From: Candidatus Saccharimonadota bacterium
GTDB taxonomy: Archaea > Nanobdellota > Nanobdellia > Pacearchaeales > GW2011-AR1
Length of the DNA stretch: 32,000 nucleotides
Assembly: GCA_026002795.1 (NCBI GenBank)
Contig: BPGA01000001.1
Location: 1-32,000 of the forward strand
Reading direction: 5' to 3'
Shown here piece after piece: positions 1 to 8,301 of the stretch (within the stretch, counting starts at the first letter, position 1; every line of letters begins with the position of its first letter). Below the pieces are notes generated by a model. That model had not been told where the DNA came from, did no database searches, and worked only from the letters and a program-made list of their open reading frames with translations. The position numbers were made by a program, and so were the translations under genes.

Positions 1-130
1 TTAATGTTGTGTTGATTTGTTTTTTGTAGTGTTTATTGTTATGTTGAGGTGTTTTTTAATTTGTTGTTTGTTTGGTTTTTAGGGTTGTGTTTATAATTTT
101 TAAGTGATGTTGTGTTTTATGTTGTGTTTG

Positions 131-1186
131 TTAAGCTGTTGTTGTATTTGTTGTGTTGGTTAGTGTTTCGTTTGTTTGGTTTGAAGGTATTTCGGTTGTT
201 TCATTTCCAAGAGTCTCATTAGTTTCATTAGCTGTTTGCTCTGTTGTTTGCTCTGTTTGTTGTTCTTCTTGAACTTGATTTGAGTCCTCTCCAAAAACTA
301 AGAATGCCCACCATGGTTTGCTTTCTCCTAGAAACTCTCCTGTTTCAGCATCAAGTTGGCCAGCAACTTTCATTTTTAATTTAAAGATTCCTAAAAATCT
401 ACCTGTTTTGTTTGTTTCAAGATGATAAACAACTTTAGGAACATTTTTATGTTTAACTTCTCTTAACTCTACTGTAAAGTTTAATGCTTTAAGTCTTTCA
501 ATTGCAATTTCTGATGCTCTATCAGGCATAACTTTTATTGCTGCTTTTCTTCCGTTTGATAATACAGCTTTAAGGTCTGTTTCATTACCTTCAAATTCAT
601 CTTCAAGTTCAAGTTCTGTTTCAACAGTTACATTTTTTCTTTCACCCTCAACCTTTATCTCTCTTGTTCCATTTTCCTCTCTTATTTCTATTTTTATTTC
701 TCTTTCATTTCCTTGCTCGTCAATTATTTTCCTTTCAATTTTAATTCTGACATTTCCTTCTTCATCAACCTCAACTTTTCTTTCAATCTCAATTCTTCTT
801 CCTTCAGGAGTTACTACCTCTTTTTTAAATTCTCTTCTAAACTCTCCTTCTTTTGAAACCTCACGAAGCCTTTCTCTTACTCTTACCTCTCTTTCTTCTT
901 TTGAACTATCTAAAGAACTATCATTTAAACTTTTATCTTCATTTGTATCTTCATTTGTAGTAACTTTTGCTTCATCATTTGTTTCTGAGTTCATTGAACT
1001 TCCTGAATTTGAATCAGAATTTGTTGAACTGCTTGTTAACGCAGAATCATCAGAACCTGGCCCAGAATTTGTTCCTGAATCAGAATTTGATGATGTGTAT
1101 GAATGATAATAAGCAAAAACAGCTGGAAGAGTAAAAACTAACAAAAATACTTGGAATATAAAGAAAAACCTTAATACACTCTTCAT
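131..1186 (-). CDS. Secreted/envelope low-complexity protein with tandem charged repeats and a PepSY-like C-terminal region
   Basis: 351-aa ORF with an N-terminal hydrophobic signal/anchor (FFFIFQVFLLVFTLPAVFA) and an S/T/N/D-rich linker. Four ~15-aa repeats: PEGRRIEIERKVEVD, EEGNVRIKIERKIID, EQGNEREIKIEIRE, ENGTREIKVEGERKN. The C-terminal part (VVYHLETNKTGRF...KVAGQLDAETGEFL) resembles PepSY by pattern only. Confidence 0.6.
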   Translation of the reverse strand: MKSVLRFFFIFQVFLLVFTLPAVFAYYHSYTSSNSDSGTNSGPGSDDSALTSSSTNSDSNSGSSMNSETNDEAKVTTNEDTNEDKSLNDSSLDSSKEEREVRVRERLREVSKEGEFRREFKKEVVTPEGRRIEIERKVEVDEEGNVRIKIERKIIDEQGNEREIKIEIREENGTREIKVEGERKNVTVETELELEDEFEGNETDLKAVLSNGRKAAIKVMPDRASEIAIERLKALNFTVELREVKHKNVPKVVYHLETNKTGRFLGIFKLKMKVAGQLDAETGEFLGESKPWWAFLVFGEDSNQVQEEQQTEQTTEQTANETNETLGNETTEIPSNQTNETLTNTTNTTTA

Positions 1187-1207
1187 TTTTTTAAAAAGAT
1201 AAAAGGG

Positions 1208-1219
1208 TTTTTAAATTTT
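1208..1219 (-). promoter_or_regulatory. TATA-like box (coding-strand AAAATTTAAAAA), proximal edge 22 nt upstream of the ATG at 1186
   Basis: The same 12-mer (TTTTTAAATTTT on the + strand) recurs at identical spacing before two other minus-strand genes (3340-3351 and 3836-3847). This fits archaeal TATA boxes driving leaderless or near-leaderless mRNAs. Confidence 0.5.
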
Positions 1220-1251
1220 CCTTTATTTTGAGTTTCTCTCTAATTAAAAAA

Positions 1252-2439
1252 CTAAAGAATTTCGCCATAACCGATTAATCTCCAATGCTTGTCTATATTT
1301 CTTGCTATACTTACAGACTCTCCTTTTATAGCAACAACAGGAATATTTAAAGAAATTTCAATTATATTGCCCTGTATTTTTTCTACAATTCCTACAGTTA
1401 TTTTTGTATTAACACTTAACATCAAAAATTCTTTTATTTTTATAGGCTCAATTTTTTTTGTTTCTTTAATGTCATAATATTCTTTAAAAAGAACTGATGA
1501 AATTTTAATTTTGTTGCTTATTTCAGGAAGCTTTCCTTCTAAAGAAACAACATTACCTACTAAAGCATCTGATTTTGTTAGTGAAGGATCTAAATTTGTT
1601 TCAATAGAAGCACTTACTCCAGGTGTTAATTTATCTACTTTTTTTGTTCCTTTGTATAACGAGAGAATTTTTGTTTTGATTGTTTTGTATTCTACTTTTC
1701 CGTGTGGTTTTTTTATGTCAAGTCCTGGTTTTATTTCAATAACATCACCAACTTTAAGAGTTCCTTTTTTTAAAACACCACCAAGAACACCACCTTTAAG
1801 ATCTTTTATGTTTGTTCCAGGCTTGTTAACATCAAAGCTCCTCGCAACAAAAAAAAGAGGATCTGAATCTAGATCTCTTTTTGGAATTTCTACTTCTGCT
1901 AAAAATTCTATTATTTTATCAAGATTAACTTCTTGAAGAGCAGAAACAGGTATTATTGGTGCGTTTTCTGCAAAAGTTCCTTTAACAAACTCTTTTATTT
2001 CTTTATAATTTTCAAAAGCTTGCTCTTTACTTACTAAATCTATTTTGTTTTGTATTATTACTAGTTTCTTAATTTTTTTTGCTTGCAACGCCATAAAATG
2101 CTCTCTTGTTTGTGGTTTTATTCCTTCATTTGCTGCAATAACAAGCATAGCGACGTCAATTAAAGCTGTACCAGAAAGCATGGTTGCCATCAACATTTCA
2201 TGGCCGGGATTATCAATAAAACTTACATACCTCACTGGTTTTCCTTTTCCTTTATTGTTGTAGCTGTTTTCATCTTTGTATATTGTCATCTCTGTATAGC
2301 CAAGTTTTATAGTTATACCTCTCTTCAGTTCTTCAGAGTGTGTGTCAGTAAATTTTCCAGTAAGTTTGCTAAGTAAAGTTGTTTTTCCGTGATCAATATG
2401 GCCTATAACACCCACATTAATTTCTGGTAACTCTTCCAT
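1252..2439 (-). CDS. eif2g: Translation initiation factor aIF2 gamma subunit
   Basis: 395 aa. GTPase motifs GHIDHGKTTL, DNPGHE and NKID. THSEELKRGITIKLGY is typical of e/aIF2-gamma, and the beta-barrel domains II/III have the expected length. The protein contains no cysteine at all. Confidence 0.9.
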   Translation of the reverse strand: MEELPEINVGVIGHIDHGKTTLLSKLTGKFTDTHSEELKRGITIKLGYTEMTIYKDENSYNNKGKGKPVRYVSFIDNPGHEMLMATMLSGTALIDVAMLVIAANEGIKPQTREHFMALQAKKIKKLVIIQNKIDLVSKEQAFENYKEIKEFVKGTFAENAPIIPVSALQEVNLDKIIEFLAEVEIPKRDLDSDPLFFVARSFDVNKPGTNIKDLKGGVLGGVLKKGTLKVGDVIEIKPGLDIKKPHGKVEYKTIKTKILSLYKGTKKVDKLTPGVSASIETNLDPSLTKSDALVGNVVSLEGKLPEISNKIKISSVLFKEYYDIKETKKIEPIKIKEFLMLSVNTKITVGIVEKIQGNIIEISLNIPVVAIKGESVSIARNIDKHWRLIGYGEIL

Positions 2440-2507
2440 GAATTAACTATTGAAAAAGTATTTAAAAATATGATGATTTAAAATGACCTAGAGATTATTT
2501 TTGAAAT

Positions 2508-2969
2508 TTGAACATGCCAAAAATTTCTGCAGGTCTTTTAATGTATAGAACAAAAAAAACTCTCGAAGTTTTTTTAGTACATCCAGGAGGCCCATTTTGG
2601 AAAAACAAAGATGAAGGAGCTTGGAGTATACCCAAAGGAGAGGTTGAAAAGAATGAAAGTTTTTTAGAGGCTGCAAAAAGAGAGTTTTTTGAAGAAACAG
2701 GAATAAAACCAAAAGAACCTTTTTTAGAGTTAGGAAGCATAAAACAAAAATCAGGAAAAGTTGTTTATGCGTGTGCTTTCAAAGGAGATTTCTCTGGATT
2801 CTTAACAAGACAAAACATGATAGAAATTGAATATCCACCTAAATCAGGAAAAAAAATTAAAATTCCTGAGGTAGACAAAGCAAGTTTTTTCACATTAGAA
2901 GAGGCAAAGAAAAAAATAATTCCCTCTCAAGTTTTATTTTTAGATAGGCTTAGAGAAGTATTAAGTTAG
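2508..2969 (+). CDS. NUDIX hydrolase
   Basis: 153 aa with a Nudix box: GEVEKNESFLEAAKREFFEETG (GX5EX7REUXEEXGU pattern). Confidence 0.85.
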   Translation: MNMPKISAGLLMYRTKKTLEVFLVHPGGPFWKNKDEGAWSIPKGEVEKNESFLEAAKREFFEETGIKPKEPFLELGSIKQKSGKVVYACAFKGDFSGFLTRQNMIEIEYPPKSGKKIKIPEVDKASFFTLEEAKKKIIPSQVLFLDRLREVLS

Positions 2970-2997
2970 TGTTTATATTAAATAAAATAATTAATTT

Positions 2998-3318
2998 TTA
3001 TGAGGAGTTTGTTTCTTCTTTTCCTTTACATTCATCAGCATCAATAATTCTTTCATTACCATAACCAAAGAAATATCTTTTTATTGTTGGATTATAATAA
3101 GAACCTATCTTAATTTCTTTGAAATTAAAATTTCTTTTAGGTTCATTTGCAAATTCATAAGTTTTTTTATCAAAAACTAAAAAAACAGAGCCATCAGACA
3201 TAACTCTATAACCTTTGTATTGCATACATCCTGTTTCATAACTAGGCCCAACAAAAAGCCCACCAATTCCTGCTATTGTTCCTAGAGTAATTGCTAGTTT
3301 TTTTATTAATTTGCTCAT
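2998..3318 (-). CDS. Hypothetical small membrane-anchored protein
   Basis: 106-aa ORF with an N-terminal hydrophobic helix (LAITLGTIAGIGGLFVG). It has its own TATA-like 12-mer 22 nt upstream. No recognisable domain. Confidence 0.5.
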   Translation of the reverse strand: MSKLIKKLAITLGTIAGIGGLFVGPSYETGCMQYKGYRVMSDGSVFLVFDKKTYEFANEPKRNFNFKEIKIGSYYNPTIKRYFFGYGNERIIDADECKGKEETNSS

Positions 3319-3339
3319 TGAAATTTAATTTTTTTAGAG

Positions 3340-3351
3340 TTTTTAAATTTT
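3340..3351 (-). promoter_or_regulatory. TATA-like box, identical 12-mer 22 nt upstream of the ATG at 3318
   Basis: + strand TTTTTAAATTTT, with the same sequence and spacing as 1208-1219 and 3836-3847. Confidence 0.5.
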
Positions 3352-3385
3352 ACTATTTTAAACTACCAAAAAGAGGTAACAAAAA

Positions 3386-3814
3386 TTAGCCTTGTTTATT
3401 TTCTTCAGTTTTTGAAAAAATTTCTGAAAGTTTTTTTTGGCCTTCTTTTAAAACCTTTAAGTTTATTTGCACAATGTCGGAAGAAATAACTTTTCCTCTA
3501 ACTGTTTTTCTTAAGCGTAAACCTTTTGGTTTCATATTTGGTCTTTTCTTTTTTCCTTCTTTTCTTGGTCTTTTGTGCATTCCTTTTCCATAACTTAGAA
3601 GAACCCTTTTTAGTCCAGTGCCCTCAACTATTTCTAAAGAAGGAAATCCTGCTTTATCGCTTGCTCCAGTAATTTCAAATTCATAACCATAAAAATCAGG
3701 ACCAATTTCTTCTCCTAAAACTTTATCATGCAAAGATTTACCAATTAGAGATTCTGATTCTGTTTCAATCTTATATGTTTTACCAGACTTATCAGAGATA
3801 TTTATCTTAAACAT
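3386..3814 (-). CDS. rps6e: 30S ribosomal protein S6e
   Basis: 142 aa. The N-terminus (MFKINISDKSGKTYKIE) and the motifs GYEFEITGASDKAGFP and KGMHKRPRKEGKKKR are typical of archaeal S6e. Confidence 0.85.
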   Translation of the reverse strand: MFKINISDKSGKTYKIETESESLIGKSLHDKVLGEEIGPDFYGYEFEITGASDKAGFPSLEIVEGTGLKRVLLSYGKGMHKRPRKEGKKKRPNMKPKGLRLRKTVRGKVISSDIVQINLKVLKEGQKKLSEIFSKTEENKQG

Positions 3815-3835
3815 ATACTTTATTATTTTAAACGC

Positions 3836-3847
3836 TTTTTAAATTTT
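3836..3847 (-). promoter_or_regulatory. TATA-like box, identical 12-mer 22 nt upstream of the rps6e ATG at 3814
   Basis: + strand TTTTTAAATTTT; third copy at the same spacing. Confidence 0.5.
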
Positions 3848-3909
3848 TATAAAATTATATTTTCAAATACAATTAATTTTAAATCTTTCAAATTTTCATA
3901 AAGAAAAAA

Positions 3910-4308
3910 ATGGTGAAAAAGAATTTTTATTTAGGTCTGATGATTTTATCATTTTACTTGCAATCATGTTCCACCAAAAAAACTTTTTTTGAAGATTTTT
4001 ATGCAAAAGAGACTCCAACTGTTTATGTTGAAAATAACTTATGGGAAAATATATGGATAAGAACACCAACAAAAATATTAGGAGAAGTTAAAGCAAAAGA
4101 GACAGCCTGTTTTTTAATTAATGAAAAAGGAAGAACAACATTAAGTTTTGATTATGCAGGAAGGACTTATACAACACCACCATTTAATCCACAATATCAT
4201 TTTAAAGGATGGAAGCTTTCTATAGGCCAAAATATTTTAGATGACATAATGATGATAGAACCTTTTTTTAGATGCTCTTATGAAAATTTAAAATTTGATA
4301 ATACTTAA
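3910..4308 (+). CDS. Hypothetical secreted, lipoprotein-like protein
   Basis: 132-aa ORF with an N-terminal signal-like helix ending in a lipobox-like LQSCS. Its stop overlaps the convergent stop of infB. No known domain recognised. Confidence 0.5.
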   Translation: MVKKNFYLGLMILSFYLQSCSTKKTFFEDFYAKETPTVYVENNLWENIWIRTPTKILGEVKAKETACFLINEKGRTTLSFDYAGRTYTTPPFNPQYHFKGWKLSIGQNILDDIMMIEPFFRCSYENLKFDNT

Positions 4309-6059
4309 GAGGTTTTTTCTTTTATATTGATAATTTCTTGCAAAGATTTAATTTCAGATTCTGAAAGAACATCTTTGTTTTTCATTAAATTTTTAATTTG
4401 CTCATTTGAAAGATTTGAATACAAAAAGTTTTCTTTTGAAAGTTTTCTCTCAAAATTAACTCCTGGAACAGATATAGCAACTTCTTGAGTTTCTATAGCT
4501 TCGTTAACTTGCTTTCCTTCTGACTGAATTGCCTTTATCTTTCCAATTTTTTCATTTTTTTCATTTATTAGCTCTAATCCAGGAATTATTTTTCCAGATT
4601 CTATTTTAACACCAAAAATAGCAGGGTTTGAATTTCTAAAAACAAACTGATGCAAAATTTTAAGTTTTGCTATAGGAGATAAAGACAAAAGCCTTCTTTT
4701 TTCTATCTCTCTTGCTTTTTCTTTTCTAAACTCCTTAAGTTTTTCAATTACTCTATAAATCACTTCATCAGTTAATATAGTTATATTACCTTTTGTTTCT
4801 AATACATCTTGATCAATATTAACATTAAAACCTAAAATTACAGCATTAAGTTCATTTATTTTTAAATTTGCTTTTGCCATAACAACATCAGATTTATTTA
4901 TATTTCCTATTCCTGCCTTTAAAATTTTAAAATTTTCTTGATGAAGAATTGAGATTAATGCTTCTAAACTTCCTAAAGAATCTGCTTTAACAATTATTCC
5001 TTCTTTATCTGTTTTTATAGCTTCTGAGATCTGTTTTTTAAATAGGTTTTTTATTTCTTCTTTATTGTTGTTGTATTTTAAAAAAGGCATTCCTGGTAGG
5101 ATCTCTTCTTTTTCAACCAATTGCATTCTTATTCCAGTTGCAGCATTAACTTTTTCTCTTGGAATAAATTTAAATGATAAAGGAAGAATTTCTTCTAAAA
5201 CACGTATCTTAGTTATTATTGGTTCTCCGTAAATGTTAGATATTGCAATCTCATCTTCTTTAGAGAGAGTTCCGTCGTAAATTATTGCTTCAACATAGTT
5301 TGTTTGCTCTTTTTTTATTTCAAGAATAACTCCTTTTGCATCTTTTCCTAATTTTAATCTCTCTTTTAAATATTTTTGACTTAACCCACATAATATCAAT
5401 AAAAGTTCTTGTATGCCTTCTCCTGTTTTTGCAGAACAAGGAACAAGAGAAATTTTTTTTGTGAAATCAGTTACATTATAAAATAAATCTGAATCAAAAC
5501 CATGGGCTTGCAAAGAACCCACAATCGTAAGGTATTTTTCATTAAAATCATTTAAAGTATTTTTTGGTTGAGAAGAAATTCTGTCTTTTAAAGGAATTTC
5601 ATCTTTTCCTTTTTTCCAACCATGAATTTTATCTATTTTATTTAAGGCAACGACAAAAGGAACTTTATTTGTTTTTAAAATTTGTATTGTTTCAGAAGTT
5701 TGTGGTTTTATTCCTTCATTTATATCTATAACAAGAATTGCTATATCAGCAAGAGATCCGCCTCTTTTCCTAAGATTTGTAAATGCTGCATGTCCTGGAG
5801 TATCTATAAATAAAAACCCAGGTATTTCTAGATTAATATTATTTTTCTCAATTAGAGGACATGCTTTTTTTAGTTGATTAGAAGGATAAACAGTAAAAGA
5901 AATTTTTTGAGTTATACCTCCTGCTTCTTTTTCATGAATAGAGCTGCCTCTAAAATTATCAAGTAAAGAGGTTTTTCCGTGATCAACATGTCCGCATACA
6001 GTAACTATCGGCTGTCTTATCTTTAATTTTTCTTTTTCAGTCATTTTTTCATTTTTCAT
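4305..6059 (-). CDS. infB: Translation initiation factor aIF5B (IF-2 family GTPase)
   Basis: 584 aa. Motifs RQPIVTVCGHVDHGKTSLLD, DTPGHAAF and NKID. The four-domain length is typical of archaeal aIF5B. Confidence 0.9.
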   Translation of the reverse strand: MKNEKMTEKEKLKIRQPIVTVCGHVDHGKTSLLDNFRGSSIHEKEAGGITQKISFTVYPSNQLKKACPLIEKNNINLEIPGFLFIDTPGHAAFTNLRKRGGSLADIAILVIDINEGIKPQTSETIQILKTNKVPFVVALNKIDKIHGWKKGKDEIPLKDRISSQPKNTLNDFNEKYLTIVGSLQAHGFDSDLFYNVTDFTKKISLVPCSAKTGEGIQELLLILCGLSQKYLKERLKLGKDAKGVILEIKKEQTNYVEAIIYDGTLSKEDEIAISNIYGEPIITKIRVLEEILPLSFKFIPREKVNAATGIRMQLVEKEEILPGMPFLKYNNNKEEIKNLFKKQISEAIKTDKEGIIVKADSLGSLEALISILHQENFKILKAGIGNINKSDVVMAKANLKINELNAVILGFNVNIDQDVLETKGNITILTDEVIYRVIEKLKEFRKEKAREIEKRRLLSLSPIAKLKILHQFVFRNSNPAIFGVKIESGKIIPGLELINEKNEKIGKIKAIQSEGKQVNEAIETQEVAISVPGVNFERKLSKENFLYSNLSNEQIKNLMKNKDVLSESEIKSLQEIINIKEKTS

Positions 6060-6322
6060 AATGAACTATGAATTTTAATCTTTTCAACTTTACTCTGTAC
6101 TAACAAAATACAAAAATAACTCTTTTAATAATTATCATTTAAATGTCATTTCTTTATACCCTTTCTTTATATCTGTTTTCTTTACTTATAAACATTTTAA
6201 TCATGAATATATGCCTTTATTAAGTCTAGTTTAACGGGTTTAAAAATAGATAATAATTTTTTAATTTAGGATTCTTAAGATACAATAAAAAGGTGTTTAT
6301 CTTAAATTACTTTTTAAGTTAA

Positions 6323-6928
6323 TTACCTTTTAGCTTTTAAGAAGTTTTCATTTACAACTTTCCAATTTATAACATTCCAAAAAGCATTTACATATTCTGA
6401 TCTTCTGTTTTGATATTTTAAGTAATATGCATGTTCCCACAAATCAATTCCCAAAATTGGTTTTTTTCCAAGCATAATAGGAGAATCTTGATTTGGTGTT
6501 GTAATTACTTCAAGTTTCTTATCTTTATTTAAAACAAGCCAGCACCAACCGCTTCCGAATAAATTAACTGATTTTGTGTTAAACTCTTCTTGAAACTTCT
6601 CAAAAGAGCCAAAAGTTCTTTTTATAGCTTCAATAATCTCTCCTTCTGGCTTTATTCCTTTTTTAAGGATTAACCAAAAAAAACTATGATTTATATGGCC
6701 ACCAGCATTATTTCTTACTGCTGTTCTTATATCTTCTGGTATAGACTCTAAATTTTTGATAAGTTCTTCTGCACTCTTTTTTTGAAGCTCTGGATATTTT
6801 TCAAGAGCTTTGTTTAGTTTGTCTATGTAAGCTTGGTGGTGTTTAGTGTGATGAATCTCCATTGTTTTAGCATCTATAAAAGGTTCTAGTGCAGAGTAAA
6901 CATACGGAAGATTCGGAAGAGTAAACAT
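6323..6928 (-). CDS. sod: Fe/Mn superoxide dismutase
   Basis: 201 aa. Motifs LPYVYSALEPFIDAKTMEIHHTKHHQAY, GSGWCWL and DLWEHAYYL. A TATA-like TTTATAAAA lies at 6950-6958, 22-30 nt upstream of the ATG. Confidence 0.92.
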   Translation of the reverse strand: MFTLPNLPYVYSALEPFIDAKTMEIHHTKHHQAYIDKLNKALEKYPELQKKSAEELIKNLESIPEDIRTAVRNNAGGHINHSFFWLILKKGIKPEGEIIEAIKRTFGSFEKFQEEFNTKSVNLFGSGWCWLVLNKDKKLEVITTPNQDSPIMLGKKPILGIDLWEHAYYLKYQNRRSEYVNAFWNVINWKVVNENFLKAKR

Positions 6929-7014
6929 AAAAATTAAAACACAACCTTTTTTATAAAATTTTTGTTTATGGCAATAGTTTAGAATTAATATTTGAAAATT
7001 CTAATAAATAAATC

Positions 7015-7023
7015 TATAAATAA
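7015..7023 (+). promoter_or_regulatory. TATA box for tRNA-Ser
   Basis: TATAAATAA lies 24-32 nt upstream of the tRNA 5' end at 7047. Confidence 0.4.
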
Positions 7024-7046
7024 TTGCTTATATTAAATTAAATTAA

Positions 7047-7127
7047 GCCGACGTGCCAGAGTGGTAATGGAACGGTCTCGAAAACCGTGCCCTTTTGGGC
7101 TCCTAGGTTCGAATCCTAGCGTCGGCG
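7047..7127 (+). tRNA. tRNA-Ser (anticodon CGA), class II with a long variable arm; no encoded CCA
   Basis: Hand-folded. Acceptor GCCGACG/CGTCGGC. Anticodon stem ACGGT/ACCGT with loop CTCGAAA, giving anticodon CGA. Variable arm GCCC-TTTT-GGGC. T arm CTAGG-TTCGAAT-CCTAG. Discriminator G. Followed by TTTTT at 7128-7132. Confidence 0.9.
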
Positions 7128-7156
7128 TTTTTCATTTCAATAAAATATTTTTAAAA

Positions 7157-7777
7157 ATGAAAGAAAGAAAAATTAGACTGACAAAAAAAGAAAGGGATAT
7201 AATAAAAAAATTAAATACACCAAGGAAAATTCAAGATTATATAAACAACAACATAAAATATGATTTTGATAATGATTCTATTGTTAGATCTTTTAGAATG
7301 GTTCTTAAAGATAGAAGAGCAAATTGTTTAGACGGAGCTATTTTTTCAGCCTCTGTACTTTATTTTTATGGTAAAAAACCTTTGATTGTATGTATGGAAG
7401 CTAGAGATATGGATCATAATATTGCCGTTTATAAAGAAAATGGAAAATGGGGGAGCATTGCACAATCTAGAGATCAAAACTTAAAAGAAAGAGAACCTAG
7501 ATTTAATTCAATAAAAGATTTGGTTATGTCCTACTATCCTTATTATTGGGATTGCTTTTCAGATCCAGAAGATATAACAAATTTAACTTTAAGAGGTTAT
7601 TCTTTAGTTAATTTAGAAAGATTCATGCCAGAATTTATTGTTTCAGAAGAAAGCCTTAATCATATAGAAGATTTTTTATGGCAAACTAGATACAGATTTT
7701 TATTTCCAAGACATGATATGAAAAAATTTTACAGAATTGACAAAAAAACAGAAAAATTGTTTTTTGAGGAACATTAA
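7157..7777 (+). CDS. Hypothetical protein, possibly a transglutaminase-like/papain-fold Cys-His-Asp enzyme
   Basis: The track ORF starts at 7061, but its first 32 codons run through the tRNA, so the start was moved to the in-frame ATG at 7157 (206 aa). RRANCLDGAIFSASVLYF...DHNIAVYKENGKWGSIAQSRD resembles a transglutaminase core (C...H...D) by pattern only. Confidence 0.45.
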   Translation: MKERKIRLTKKERDIIKKLNTPRKIQDYINNNIKYDFDNDSIVRSFRMVLKDRRANCLDGAIFSASVLYFYGKKPLIVCMEARDMDHNIAVYKENGKWGSIAQSRDQNLKEREPRFNSIKDLVMSYYPYYWDCFSDPEDITNLTLRGYSLVNLERFMPEFIVSEESLNHIEDFLWQTRYRFLFPRHDMKKFYRIDKKTEKLFFEEH

Positions 7778-7840
7778 TTTTTTTAAAACTAAAAAGATAA
7801 AATTAAAAAGATTTATATAATATACAAAATTATTTGATGA

Positions 7841-8131
7841 ATGGAAAAAGATATAGGAAGGATAAAGAAAAACGAATTTTCTGATATTGTTGTTAGAATT
7901 GACGATTTTGGAGGAAAAAAAGGGCTGACAATTAGAGAGTTTGTAACTGGTCAAAGATATACAGGATTTACAAAATCAGGTGTTAAAATTCCTTTAGCCG
8001 ATTTCGAAAAGTTCAAAGAAATTATCAATTCAATAAACATAGATGATTTTAATTCAGAAGGAGACAACTCAGAAGAATCAAGTCAAGATACATCAGAGAC
8101 ATCAGAAAAAGAAGAAATTGAAGATTACTAA
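7841..8131 (+). CDS. PC4/YdbC-like putative ssDNA-binding protein with an acidic C-terminal tail
   Basis: 96 aa. VVRIDDFGGKKGLTIREFV...YTGFTKSGVKIPLADFEKF matches the PC4-fold pattern (F-G-x-x-x-hydrophobic-IRE-F ... KxG-hydrophobic-x-hydrophobic). The tail EGDNSEESSQDTSETSEKEEIEDY is strongly acidic. Confidence 0.5.
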   Translation: MEKDIGRIKKNEFSDIVVRIDDFGGKKGLTIREFVTGQRYTGFTKSGVKIPLADFEKFKEIINSINIDDFNSEGDNSEESSQDTSETSEKEEIEDY

Positions 8132-8148
8132 TAATTTGTCGGTTTAAA

Positions 8149-8301
8149 ATGGCTTGGTATGATCCTATTCTTTTGATTTTTTTTATTGTAGGAATTATTT
8201 TAATTTTATTTAGTCATTATCACGGAAAAATGTGGGTTTATGGTTTTGTTCTTGTTTTTGCTTCAGCAATTATAAAGATTTTCTTAATTTTCTTTGCATA
8301 A
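8149..8301 (+). CDS. Possible small two-helix membrane protein (50 aa, below the ORF-track cutoff)
   Basis: My translation is MAWYDPILLIFFIVGIILILFSHYHGKMWVYGFVLVFASAIIKIFLIFFA*. It has two hydrophobic segments and starts 17 nt after the preceding stop. Confidence 0.3.
   Translation: MAWYDPILLIFFIVGIILILFSHYHGKMWVYGFVLVFASAIIKIFLIFFA

Noticed and set aside
1289-2263. Three + strand ORFs (1289-1477, 1511-1936, 2045-2263) inside the aIF2-gamma locus
   Set aside because: They are antisense to a confidently identified GTPase gene. Their products are low-complexity F/L/I/S-rich sequences typical of shadow frames in AT-rich DNA.
2488-2740. Minus-strand ORFs 2488-2712 and 2495-2740
   Set aside because: They overlap the NUDIX hydrolase gene on the opposite strand, have no motifs, and two mutually overlapping frames cannot both be real.
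6979-7005. Inverted repeat TTAGAATT-N11-AATTCTAA in the sod/tRNA divergent promoter region
   Set aside because: Eight-bp AT-rich arms are expected by chance at this composition, and no second copy lies near other redox promoters. I noted it but did not call it an operator.
7061-7156. N-terminal 32 codons of track ORF 7061-7777
   Set aside because: This stretch is the body of tRNA-Ser(CGA) read as protein. The real CDS most likely starts at the in-frame ATG at 7157.
7700-7954. Minus-strand 84-aa ORF spanning the 7777-7841 intergenic region
   Set aside because: It overlaps the ends of two better-supported + strand genes and encodes N/F/K-rich low-complexity sequence.
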